DNA from: Deltaproteobacteria bacterium
GTDB taxonomy: Bacteria; Myxococcota_A; UBA9160; UBA4427
Reading direction: 5' to 3'
Assembly (NCBI GenBank): GCA_031400655.1
Contig: JANNQH010000073.1
Location: forward strand, 1-42,811
DNA length: 42,811 bases
Under the pieces are notes generated by a model. The model saw nothing but the letters and a program-made list of their open reading frames with translations. It was not told the DNA's origin and ran no database searches. Below are positions 1-7,867 of this stretch, in pieces (the first letter of the stretch is position 1; each line of letters starts with the position of its first letter). The position numbers and the translations under genes were made by a program.

Positions 1-141
1 GACCCGTCGTGGATCAAGTTCGCCGGGAAGCGCCCGACGTGCTCGCCGCTCTCGCGCTCGCTCGTGTCGCCGCGCGAGTCGCCGTAGCGGCCGCCGCGCA
101 TGTTCGGATTGCCTTCGACCTTGATCCGCTCCGAGCCGATC
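1..141. repeat. Terminal direct repeat (left copy), identical to 42671-42811
   Basis: gacccgtcgtggatcaagtt...gagccgatc recurs exactly at the window end; it lies inside a CDS, consistent with a circular-assembly overlap. Confidence 0.95.
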
Positions 142-1112
142 CGGCAAGCGTCGACGTTGATCGCTCCGGTCCCGTACTGCAGGACGTTCTCGGCGACGGT
201 TCCGGAGAAGGGCTTGCGCGCGACCGTCACGGGCTCGAGCGCTGGCTTGAGCGCGGTCCCCCAACCCTCCCAGGCGCGCGCCTCGTCGCTCGCGCCGCCC
301 GGCTTCGCCTGCCGGCCTGTGAAGCAACCGACCGTGTTTCCCGTGCCGCCGTGAAGCCCTCCGGTCGGCTTCTCGTAGAACTCGCGCTTCGACCAATTCG
401 CGCCGGGCGTTCCCTTGCGGCCGTTCAACTCGAAGAGGAGCCGGGTGATCTCCGAGGGGATCTCGTCCTCGCGCACCCCGAGGGCCTCGAGCAGGCGCGG
501 CACCTGCTCGAGGGTCGGGACCGCGGGCTGCGTCGCCGAGCTCGTCCAATGGCCGGCCATGCCGTTGTAGCCGAGAACGCGGTCGAGCTCGCCGTTCGAG
601 AGGCCGGCGGCGTCGCGCCGCTCGCGGAGCCATGCCGTCACATGCAGCACCTCTTCGCGGTCGTGCCGGGCCTTGTCGATTGCCTTCGACACGTCGAGCG
701 ACTTCGGGAACCCCTGGCCGTAGATCCACCCGATCGCGTCCCGGATCTCGAAGCCGGCGTCTTCGATGGCGCACACGAGCCTGTGGAACGTCCGCGTCCC
801 GCCGAAGGCGAGGAGGTGCGCGCCCGGCTTGAGCACGCGCAGGACTTCGCGCCACGTCTCCGCACGGAAGGCAACGTCGCCGCCGTCCCAGGCCTTGCCC
901 ATGAAACCGGTAGTGATCCGCGAGCGCCCCGCCGGCGAGTGGAGGTTTTCGGACGCGGCGCCGCTTCCGCCGCGCTTGCCCGTCGTGAGGTGATAGGGCG
1001 GATCGCACACGACCGCGTCGATCGAGTTCGGCGGGAAGGTGCGCAGGACCTCGAGGCAATCGCCGGCGTGGATCGTCACGCCGGCGTGCTCGTAAAAGGG
1101 CTCGCCGCTCAC
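1..1112 (-). CDS. Phage N6-adenine/N4-cytosine DNA methyltransferase, 5' part (continues across the junction to 42253; ~509 aa in total)
   Basis: My translation from GTG at 1112: MSGEPFYEHAGVTIHAGDCLEVLRTFPPNSIDAVVCDPPYHL...VLKPGAHLLAFGGTRTFHRL...WIYGQGFPKS (DPPY motif IV); in frame with ORF 42253-42771 after circularisation. Confidence 0.9.
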   Translation of the reverse strand, partial: MSGEPFYEHAGVTIHAGDCLEVLRTFPPNSIDAVVCDPPYHLTTGKRGGSGAASENLHSPAGRSRITTGFMGKAWDGGDVAFRAETWREVLRVLKPGAHLLAFGGTRTFHRLVCAIEDAGFEIRDAIGWIYGQGFPKSLDVSKAIDKARHDREEVLHVTAWLRERRDAAGLSNGELDRVLGYNGMAGHWTSSATQPAVPTLEQVPRLLEALGVREDEIPSEITRLLFELNGRKGTPGANWSKREFYEKPTGGLHGGTGNTVGCFTGRQAKPGGASDEARAWEGWGTALKPALEPVTVARKPFSGTVAENVLQYGTGAINVDACRIGSERIKVEGNPNMRGGRYGDSRGDTSERESGEHVGRFPANLIHDG

Positions 1113-1387
1113 GGGGAGAGATCGCGCAGAGCGCCGCTCGGGAACGGGTTGAGGTCGGCCCCGTACAGAGCGTTCGTCAAGCCCTGCCCGTAGAGGCGAA
1201 AGTCCTCGACGTGACCGAACCCGAGCGTCTCGACGAAAGTCCCGTAGCTTCCGAGCTCTGGGTCGTGCGCATTCTCCGCGAGGGCGCGGAGAACTAGACG
1301 GGCAACGGCGATCTTGGTTCGCTCGTCGACCTGCTCGAGAATGAATGCGTCACTCTCGAGGGCGCGCTTCCAAAACTCGCGGCTCAA
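1109..1387 (-). CDS. Hypothetical protein (92 aa, MSREFWKRALESDAF...)
   Basis: C-terminal part of listed ORF 1109-2128; TTG start overlaps the upstream TGA, GGAGG RBS upstream, stop overlaps the MTase GTG. Confidence 0.65.
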   Translation of the reverse strand: MSREFWKRALESDAFILEQVDERTKIAVARLVLRALAENAHDPELGSYGTFVETLGFGHVEDFRLYGQGLTNALYGADLNPFPSGALRDLSP

Positions 1388-2409
1388 GTCCCGCCCTCCG
1401 CGCCGCTCTCTCTCTTGGCGTTCTCGAAGGGCGCGCCGGCAAAATACTTGCCCGGATTGAATCGAGGTCCGGTCCAACTGTGCTGGTCGGAAACGAGGTC
1501 GAACTTCTCGGCGACGAGGTCCTCGAGGTCGAAGCCGACTTTCGCGAGCGCGAGGTCGAGGTAGATCACGACGTCCGCGGCCTCGCGCCCGAGCTCGAGC
1601 AGGAGGTCGATATCGTGCTCGTCGTCGCGGACGAGCTTCTTCGCGACGTTCGCGAACTCGCCGGCCTCGCCGCACATTGCGCCGGCCCACTCGAGCACGT
1701 TCCAGCGCGCGCACGGAACGAACTTCGGGATCTCGCTCTGCCGGCGCACGTTCAAGGCGCGCAACCGGCGCAGGAACGAGGCCCCCTCCTCGAGATCCTT
1801 GATCCGCGCGAGGAGCGCGGCCTCGCGCGCGACGACTTGATTCTCGAGGTAGGAGCCCTGGTCGTTCACAAGTTGCTGGAGCTCGTCGATCAACTTGCGC
1901 GACCGCGAGAGCAGTGTCTCGCCTTCTGCAACGCGCGCGGCGAGCGCCGCCTTCTCGTCGATTGCCGGGCTCACGCTCCCAGAGCCCTCGCACGCTTGGC
2001 AATTCGGCCGCGCGTCGGACGCCTCTCGATCGCGTCCGTCGCCGAGGCACCTCGAGCAAAGCAGGCGCCCGAGCTTCGGCGCTTCGAGCATGGCTTCGAG
2101 GCGGGTTCTCGTGAGAAGGATCCCGCACTCGCCGTAGTTGCCGACGAGCACGGGCGTGTCGGCGTCCATCGCGTACTTCCCGCCCTTGTAACCGTCGAAC
2201 GTCGCGCCAAGCGCCGCGCGCGCCGCCGCGAGAGATGCTCCGGCTGAGCGGCCGATCGCGAGCGAGAAGGCGAGTTCGGAATAGTCGCCGCGGTCACTGT
2301 GCGGCGTCGTGAAACCGAGCGGCAGGATTCGGGCTTCGTCCTCCAACTGGAGAGCGGCGATCAATTTCCCGAGCGTGACGACCCCTTCCTCGAAGCTATT
2401 GATCCCCAC
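1384..2409 (-). CDS. Multidomain protein: phage N-terminal domain + CxxC/CxxC Zn finger + coiled coil + C-terminal MazG-like NTP pyrophosphatase
   Basis: GEAGEFANVAKK...ELGREAADVVIYLDLAL...DLEDLVAEKF is the MazG-type ExxE...ExxD pattern; CSRC and CQAC motifs; GTG start directly after the parB stop. Confidence 0.75.
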   Translation of the reverse strand: MGINSFEEGVVTLGKLIAALQLEDEARILPLGFTTPHSDRGDYSELAFSLAIGRSAGASLAAARAALGATFDGYKGGKYAMDADTPVLVGNYGECGILLTRTRLEAMLEAPKLGRLLCSRCLGDGRDREASDARPNCQACEGSGSVSPAIDEKAALAARVAEGETLLSRSRKLIDELQQLVNDQGSYLENQVVAREAALLARIKDLEEGASFLRRLRALNVRRQSEIPKFVPCARWNVLEWAGAMCGEAGEFANVAKKLVRDDEHDIDLLLELGREAADVVIYLDLALAKVGFDLEDLVAEKFDLVSDQHSWTGPRFNPGKYFAGAPFENAKRESGAEGGT

Positions 2410-2410
2410 G

Positions 2411-4333
2411 TTACACCGCCTTCGCGGCGAGCTCGCCGCGGGGTGTCGACTTGCCGCGCGGGCGCCCACGCTTCTTCGGTGCGGCGTCGCGGCGTGCCTG
2501 CTCGAGCGCGCGCTCGAGTCGATCGAGTTCCGTCGCGGCTTCCGCCTTCGGCCTGGCCGACTCTTCCGTCGCGGCCTTCTTCTTTGCGCGACCCTTCTTC
2601 TTCGCCGGCGCTCCGGAGGCGAGCTCCTCGATCGCCCAGGACTTCGGCTCTGGAATCTCCTTCTCCGCGGCCTTGCACAACTTCGCGAACTCGTCGGGAA
2701 TGCCGAGCCCGTCGAACCCGAAGATCGCCGCGGCCTCGCCGTGGCAACGTTCGGCGTCGAAGATCGCGTGGTTATTCCCGAGCACGCGCTCGAACTCGAC
2801 AAAGAGGTTCTGCAGAACCTCCTCGAGGCGAGTGGAGCTCCGCAGGAACTCGAGGCGCGCCTTCGCGAAGTCGGGCCGCTTGCCGCGCGGTTCGTTCTCC
2901 GGCGGCGGCGGACAACCCCAAGCGGCGACGAACCCGAGCAGAGTCTCGGGCGAGGCCTTCACGCGATCGAGGAGCGCGCGCTCCGCGGTTCTGCCGCCCG
3001 AGTCCTTGCGTTCCGCGAGGAGCCTTCCCTCGAAGCCCTCGAGGAACTTGCGCGCGCCGACGACGACCGCGTGCTTCCGCCGCACGTCGAGCGCGGCGCG
3101 GCGATCCTCGAGCGACTTCTTCTTCCCTTTCGTCGACGCTGCCTTCGGCCTGCCCGAGCTCGACGCGCGCGCCTTCACCCATTGCACCTTGCCGACGCCG
3201 GCGCCGTCGACGACGAGCGCAGGCACCGCGCCGGGAGAACCCTTCTTCACCTCGTCGAACTCGTGCATCGCGCGGACCGTCGGCGCCGTTGCGTTCGACT
3301 TCTCGTGCTCGAGCGCGGCGCTCCCGCTGAGTCCGGCATCGGCGGCGATCTCGCCCGCGGTCCACCAGTCGGCGTCGCGATGCTCACGCTCCTGGAGCCT
3401 CGGCCCGCGCATGAGGACGAGCTCGTCGCCGTGCTTCGCCTTCGCGCGCGCGATCGCGAGCTCGCGCCATGCGGCGAGTTTGCCGGCGAAGCACGCGGCG
3501 TCTAGGCACCTCGAGTCCTTGAGCGCGCCGGCCTTCACGTCCTCGAAGAGTCCCGGCCGAGCGGCCGTGTGCTTCGTGCACGCCGCGCAGGAGCCGGCCC
3601 TCGGGACGAGCTCGGCGTCCTCGAGATCCCACGGCGCGGCGCCGAGCGAGGCGAGGCGCTCGCGCACGAGCGCGCGAAGTTGAGCGCGGTTCGCGATCAC
3701 GTTCCCGCCCTTCGCGGTCGAATCGACGAGAGCGTCCTGGTCCTTGTCCTCGAGGAGAGCCAAGTCCTCGAGCCACGAACTCGGCCAGTCGGCGAACGGG
3801 CCGCCGGCCTTGCGCGCCGCGACGGCGCCCTTCGAGAGCTTCGAGAGGTTCGCGCGCCGCACGACCCAGGCCGGCGGTTTGCCGAGGTCCGCGGCGACGC
3901 CCTCGATCGTCTGGCCGGGACGGGCGAGGAGCTCCTGCACGACTGCCGACTCGCGAAGCGGGTCGAGGTCCTCGCGCTGGCGGTTCTCGACGATCGCGAC
4001 CTCGCGGGCGATCGCGCCGACGTCCCGCTGATCCTTGAACTCGAGGACGTTCGCCGGCGCGGAGCTCTGGCCCAGGAGTTCGAGCGCGGCGACGCGCCGG
4101 AAGCCGGCCAGGAGCCAGAACCCGCCGGCCTCGTTTTCCGGCGTCGGAGTGACGACGATCGGGTGAAGGAGCCCGAAGCGTCCGATCGTGTCGGCGAGGC
4201 CTCGCACGTCCTCAGGCCGGATCTTGGCGCGCGGGTTCGACCAAGGGGGCGGCCGGAGATCGGCGAGCGACACGGTCGCGGCACGCGAGCTTCGAAGCGG
4301 GGAGGGGAGGTCGGGCGGAGTGGCGTTCTTCAT
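2411..4333 (-). CDS. parB: ParB/RepB/Spo0J-family protein with HTH and Cys-rich domain
   Basis: NPR...GLLHPIVV...LLAGFRRVAA...ENRQREDL ParB/Srx motifs, HTH (TIEGVAADLGKPPAWV), CAAC...CLDAAC. Confidence 0.85.
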   Translation of the reverse strand: MKNATPPDLPSPLRSSRAATVSLADLRPPPWSNPRAKIRPEDVRGLADTIGRFGLLHPIVVTPTPENEAGGFWLLAGFRRVAALELLGQSSAPANVLEFKDQRDVGAIAREVAIVENRQREDLDPLRESAVVQELLARPGQTIEGVAADLGKPPAWVVRRANLSKLSKGAVAARKAGGPFADWPSSWLEDLALLEDKDQDALVDSTAKGGNVIANRAQLRALVRERLASLGAAPWDLEDAELVPRAGSCAACTKHTAARPGLFEDVKAGALKDSRCLDAACFAGKLAAWRELAIARAKAKHGDELVLMRGPRLQEREHRDADWWTAGEIAADAGLSGSAALEHEKSNATAPTVRAMHEFDEVKKGSPGAVPALVVDGAGVGKVQWVKARASSSGRPKAASTKGKKKSLEDRRAALDVRRKHAVVVGARKFLEGFEGRLLAERKDSGGRTAERALLDRVKASPETLLGFVAAWGCPPPPENEPRGKRPDFAKARLEFLRSSTRLEEVLQNLFVEFERVLGNNHAIFDAERCHGEAAAIFGFDGLGIPDEFAKLCKAAEKEIPEPKSWAIEELASGAPAKKKGRAKKKAATEESARPKAEAATELDRLERALEQARRDAAPKKRGRPRGKSTPRGELAAKAV

Positions 4334-4463
4334 GGGCTGGGAGGGTGAGGGTTGGCGGAACGGGTGAAGGGTTGAATCCCTGGGCCGCGGCCGCGCGAGG
4401 AGCTCGTCGGAGGACTGCTAGGAACCTCCGCGCGCGCTCGCCGCCGCGACCCAGGGGAAACGG

Positions 4464-4757
4464 TCACAACGGCGGGCGCAGAGCGTCGACGCGCCGGCGG
4501 CGAAGCCGACAATCGTGCGTGTCGGCGTGCTCCATCATCCGGCGGACGAGGGCGTCGCGGTCGGCGCGCGCGGACTTCGCGGCAAGGTCGGCGGCCTCCT
4601 CGAGCGCGGCGCCGATCATTTTCGCGAGTGAGGACGGCCCCCAGCCTCCGAGCTCGCGCAGGCCGCGGCGGATCTCGAGGCGCTCGCCGACCTCGGCGCC
4701 GCCGTTCGTGAGGAGGTCGTCGATTAGCTTCCGGGCGATTCGCTCGCGGTCGTTCAC
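4464..4757 (-). CDS. Hypothetical protein (97 aa, MNDRERIARKLIDDLL...)
   Basis: GTGA-coupled to the upstream J-domain gene; natural amino-acid composition. Confidence 0.6.
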   Translation of the reverse strand: MNDRERIARKLIDDLLTNGGAEVGERLEIRRGLRELGGWGPSSLAKMIGAALEEAADLAAKSARADRDALVRRMMEHADTHDCRLRRRRVDALRPPL

Positions 4758-5404
4758 GACGCACCCCGCACCGCCGCGGCCGCCGGCGCGAACGCGACCT
4801 TCGCCTCCGCGATCGCCGTCGCGGCCTCCCGGAAGCGCTCCGCGTTGCCGCCGGGAATGTCGGGATGGTGCTCGCGCGCGATCGCCCGGTAGCGCTCTTG
4901 CGCCTGCTCGAGCGAGACCTCGTGGTCGAATCCGAGCCGGAACCACCATGGAGTCTGGAACGTCTCGCCGCGCGCGGGGAGCGCGAGGTAGCCGGCGAAG
5001 GCTTGGCGCAGGTTGCCGACGCCCCAGCGCTCCTGCGCGCGCATGGCCTCGACGTGTTTCGCGATCGCGTAGAGGTTCCACTCCGGCGTCTCCCAACGGT
5101 CGCACGCGAGCACGGTCGGCGCCGGGTCGTTCGTTCCGTCGGAAAGGCGGAAGTAGACCGCGACGCCCGGGTCCGCGGGCCGCGCTTGATTCGAGTAGGG
5201 AAGCCCGTCGCGGCGGAGTTCGACGTTCGAGGAGACGACGACGTTCCAATCGCCGACGCCGAGGAGCTTGAGCTCGCGATAGATCGCCGCGAGGCAGTCT
5301 TGCATCGATCGCGGCTTGAAGAGCGGACGGCCGCGGGTTTGCGCGCGCGGCCAAGTGGCCGGCCAGGAGAGAGGGAACTTCGTGACGCCGTCGAGTGTCT
5401 TCAT
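4754..5404 (-). CDS. Phage protein with C-terminal DnaJ J-domain
   Basis: ATG at 5404 (MKTLDGVTKFPLSWPATWPR); DPGVAVYF...LACDRW core; YRAIAREHHPDIPGG J-domain with intact HPD. Confidence 0.85.
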   Translation of the reverse strand: MKTLDGVTKFPLSWPATWPRAQTRGRPLFKPRSMQDCLAAIYRELKLLGVGDWNVVVSSNVELRRDGLPYSNQARPADPGVAVYFRLSDGTNDPAPTVLACDRWETPEWNLYAIAKHVEAMRAQERWGVGNLRQAFAGYLALPARGETFQTPWWFRLGFDHEVSLEQAQERYRAIAREHHPDIPGGNAERFREAATAIAEAKVAFAPAAAAVRGAS

Positions 5405-5466
5405 GGGTTGGCCGGAAGGGTGGGGCGAGAGGGTGCGCGCGCCGGAGCTCGTCCGGCGCGCTCGGT

Positions 5467-5829
5467 TCAGGCGACGATCGGCTCGAGCACGACCACGTCG
5501 CGGACGTGATCGTCGTTCACACACACGGCGACGCCGGCGCGCGCGCGCGGCTCGGAGACTCCTCCACCCGCCGGAGGGTTGTGAGGGTCGATCGTCAAGC
5601 GCCAGAGCGTTCGACGTGGCTCGGCACTCCAGACCGTGTCCGGCCAGTGAACGCAAAGGCCGAGGCGGAGTCCGACCTGTTGGAGCTCGGCCGCGTCCAA
5701 CTGCGCCGGCCAGACGTAGATCTCGCCCGGAGCTTCGCGACGGCGCGGCGCGCTCCAGCACTCGAGCTTGAAGTGCCGGCGCGCCTCGCGCGCTCCGACG
5801 CGCGCCGCTTCGAAGAGTTCTCGGATCAT
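5467..5829 (-). CDS. Hypothetical protein
   Basis: 120-aa ORF, ATGA-coupled in the leftward operon. Confidence 0.6.
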   Translation of the reverse strand: MIRELFEAARVGAREARRHFKLECWSAPRRREAPGEIYVWPAQLDAAELQQVGLRLGLCVHWPDTVWSAEPRRTLWRLTIDPHNPPAGGGVSEPRARAGVAVCVNDDHVRDVVVLEPIVA

Positions 5830-6359
5830 TCGAGGTCCTCGTCGTCGTCACGGTCGAGGCCTTCTCCGGCGGCCGCGTCCTTGCCGGTCGCGCGCCGCTT
5901 CTTCTTGCGGCCCGGGCCGTCGAGTACCTTTCCGCCGGACTCCTTGAGAGCGTCGAACGCGCGCTCGACTTCCGGCACGCCCTTCGGCGGCGTCTTGCCC
6001 GGGAGCTTCGAGGTCGTGTCGAGCGCTTCGCTCTTCGACTTGTCCTTCTCCTGCCGGTCGCGCTCCTCTTCGGCCGCGATCTCGTCGAGGCTCTTGTAGT
6101 TCTTGATCTCGCCGGTCTTCGTGTCGATCACGAGCACGCCCGGGAACACCTCGCCCGGCGCGCCGGCGTCGGCCATGCGCTCGAGGTCGGCGATCGCGGC
6201 CTCGAGGCACGACTTCGCGTGCTTGACCTTGCCTTTCAGGTCGCCGTGCACCTCGCGCAATCGGCGGATGTATTCGCGTTGCAACGCGCTCGCGGCGACG
6301 CGCTCGGCGTCGGTCGCCTTCTTCGGTTTCGGATCCTTCTCCTTCGTCGCGGTCTTCAT
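5826..6359 (-). CDS. Hypothetical Lys/Glu-rich protein (MKTATKEKDPKPKK...)
   Basis: ATG at 6359 after AAGGA; C-terminal part of listed ORF 5826-6692. Confidence 0.65.
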   Translation of the reverse strand: MKTATKEKDPKPKKATDAERVAASALQREYIRRLREVHGDLKGKVKHAKSCLEAAIADLERMADAGAPGEVFPGVLVIDTKTGEIKNYKSLDEIAAEEERDRQEKDKSKSEALDTTSKLPGKTPPKGVPEVERAFDALKESGGKVLDGPGRKKKRRATGKDAAAGEGLDRDDDEDLE

Positions 6360-6438
6360 CGTTCGAGTTCCTTCGGGTTGTGTGAGAGGGCGCGGGACTT
6401 CGCGCGGCGCCGCGCCCGTGGGCGGCCGCGCTCGTGAT

Positions 6439-6843
6439 TCACTGCTCGCGGAGAACCTTCGAGCGCCAGAGCGTCTTCGGTCCGCGGTTCGACGAGTTCG
6501 CGGGAGCGTAGCCGGCGTGCTCGACGATCCCGTCCTGGCACGCGGCGCGCATGATCGAACCCCACGCGCGCTTGTCGACGCCCTCGGGCGCGGCGAGCGA
6601 GACGCGCACGTCCTCGGCGAGGAACGTCTCGTGGTTCGCCGCGTAAACGCGCACCGCGGCGAGCGCGGCCGGCCACCAAAGCGGCGCGACACGCTGCGCG
6701 CGATCGCCGCTTCGCGCGATGCCGACCTCGCGGCGCAAGCTCGCGAGCTCGTCGAGGGTTTCCTTCGGGAGCGGCGGCGCCTTCGACTTCGCCCACTCCG
6801 GGAGCGGCTTGTCGAAGAGTCCGCGGCCTTCGTCGCGCTTCAT
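6439..6843 (-). CDS. Hypothetical phage protein, possible winged-helix
   Basis: 134-aa ORF, FLAEDVR...RAWGSIMRAA...GIV...WRS; coupled to neighbours. Confidence 0.65.
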   Translation of the reverse strand: MKRDEGRGLFDKPLPEWAKSKAPPLPKETLDELASLRREVGIARSGDRAQRVAPLWWPAALAAVRVYAANHETFLAEDVRVSLAAPEGVDKRAWGSIMRAACQDGIVEHAGYAPANSSNRGPKTLWRSKVLREQ

Positions 6844-7115
6844 AGAAGCCTCCCGGCCGGCAGGAGTCCGGCGCGATCGCGGGCCTCGCGCCAGTCGAGC
6901 GCTGCGCGAGCGCGCGCGAGCAGGTCCTCGAGGTCGCCGCTCGACTCCTCGAAAATCAGCGTCACTCCGGCGTCGGTCGCGATGCGCATTCCGACGCGCG
7001 CCGTCGTCGGCGTCACGTCGAGGTTGACGCTCGCGCGCCGAGCGATGATCGAAGCCAAGTCGTCGACGATCTTCTGGGCCTTGCCCACGTCGACCGAGAA
7101 CTCCGACGAGCTCAC
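6840..7115 (-). CDS. Hypothetical protein
   Basis: 91-aa ORF with 4-nt overlaps at both ends. Confidence 0.6.
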   Translation of the reverse strand: MSSSEFSVDVGKAQKIVDDLASIIARRASVNLDVTPTTARVGMRIATDAGVTLIFEESSGDLEDLLARARAALDWREARDRAGLLPAGRLL

Positions 7116-7483
7116 GGCTTCACCGCCGAATCGAGAACGCCGAGCTTCTCGACGACTTCAACCGCGTGCACAAGCGAGAAGCACGCGCGCTCGAACAGTT
7201 TGAAGTGCTCGACGGTCTGCGGGTTCGAGAGATCCGCGCTCTTGAGCAACTCGGCCAAATTCCGCGCGGCGCGCGCGACCGTGAAAAGCCCGGCCCATGC
7301 GTTCCAGGTCTCGACGCTCGTCGGCTCTTCAGGACGAGACCCAGGGCAGAAGAAGCGCGGGCAGGTCAGGAGCTTCGGACCCGCGGCGCGAACGGTCCAC
7401 TTCGGAACCGAACGGCAGAACGGGCAGGGAAGCGGGTCGCCTCTCTCCGGCGCGGGCGACGTCGACGTCTCTTCGGGTTGCAC
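7112..7483 (-). CDS. Zn-ribbon protein, possibly Lar restriction-alleviation-like
   Basis: LPCPFC...CPRFFC...TWN pattern; strong GGAGGT RBS; first gene of the leftward operon. Confidence 0.5.
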   Translation of the reverse strand: MQPEETSTSPAPERGDPLPCPFCRSVPKWTVRAAGPKLLTCPRFFCPGSRPEEPTSVETWNAWAGLFTVARAARNLAELLKSADLSNPQTVEHFKLFERACFSLVHAVEVVEKLGVLDSAVKP

Positions 7484-7548
7484 TTTGGACCTCCTAGCAA
7501 AGTCCCCGGCGCACTACGCGCCGGCGCGAGCTCGTCACCCGCGACCGG

Positions 7549-7578
7549 ACGCTACATCGGCCGGAGGGTTTACTTCAA
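7549..7578 (-). promoter_or_regulatory. Candidate sigma70-type promoter for the leftward early operon
   Basis: Minus strand TTGAAG (7578-7573) - N18 - TAGCGT (7554-7549). Confidence 0.5.
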
Positions 7579-7622
7579 GAGAGCGAAAGTGGTTTCCTCG
7601 GAATTCTTTTCGGGCGATCCGG

Positions 7623-7654
7623 TTCTCCGCAGGCTGTGGAGAACCTGTGGAAAA
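7623..7654. promoter_or_regulatory. DnaA-box-like cluster, candidate replication origin
   Basis: TTCTCCGCA (7623-7631), TGTGGAGAA (7635-7643), TGTGGAAAA (7646-7654; reverse complement TTTTCCACA matches consensus TTWTNCACA). Confidence 0.55.
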
Positions 7655-7805
7655 CTCCGGGAAGTCGCCCGGAACTTGCACTCCTCTGCATTGAAGGAGA
7701 AGGGAGAACAAGACTGCCGGCGTCCCGGCCTCGAGCTCTGGAGGCAGGCGCGAGCTCGAGCGGTTGCCGCCGGCGCGCCCTTGAACCGCCTACCTGCCTC
7801 CAGGT

Positions 7806-7846
7806 AGAAACGGCCCCCGTCGCGCTTCTCACGCGACGAGGGCCTT
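7806..7846 (-). terminator. Intrinsic terminator-like hairpin, antisense to the putative rep
   Basis: Minus strand GGCCCTCGTCGCG-loop-CGCGACGGGGGCC followed by GTTTCT; the single mismatch is a G-U wobble only on the minus strand. Confidence 0.45.
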
Positions 7847-7867
7847 AGTGCCCGAAGGAAGTCCGCT

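Noticed and set aside
1-141. Biological direct terminal repeat
   Set aside because: It falls inside a CDS, its 141-nt length matches a common assembler k-mer, and the terminase is cos-type; treated as an assembly overlap
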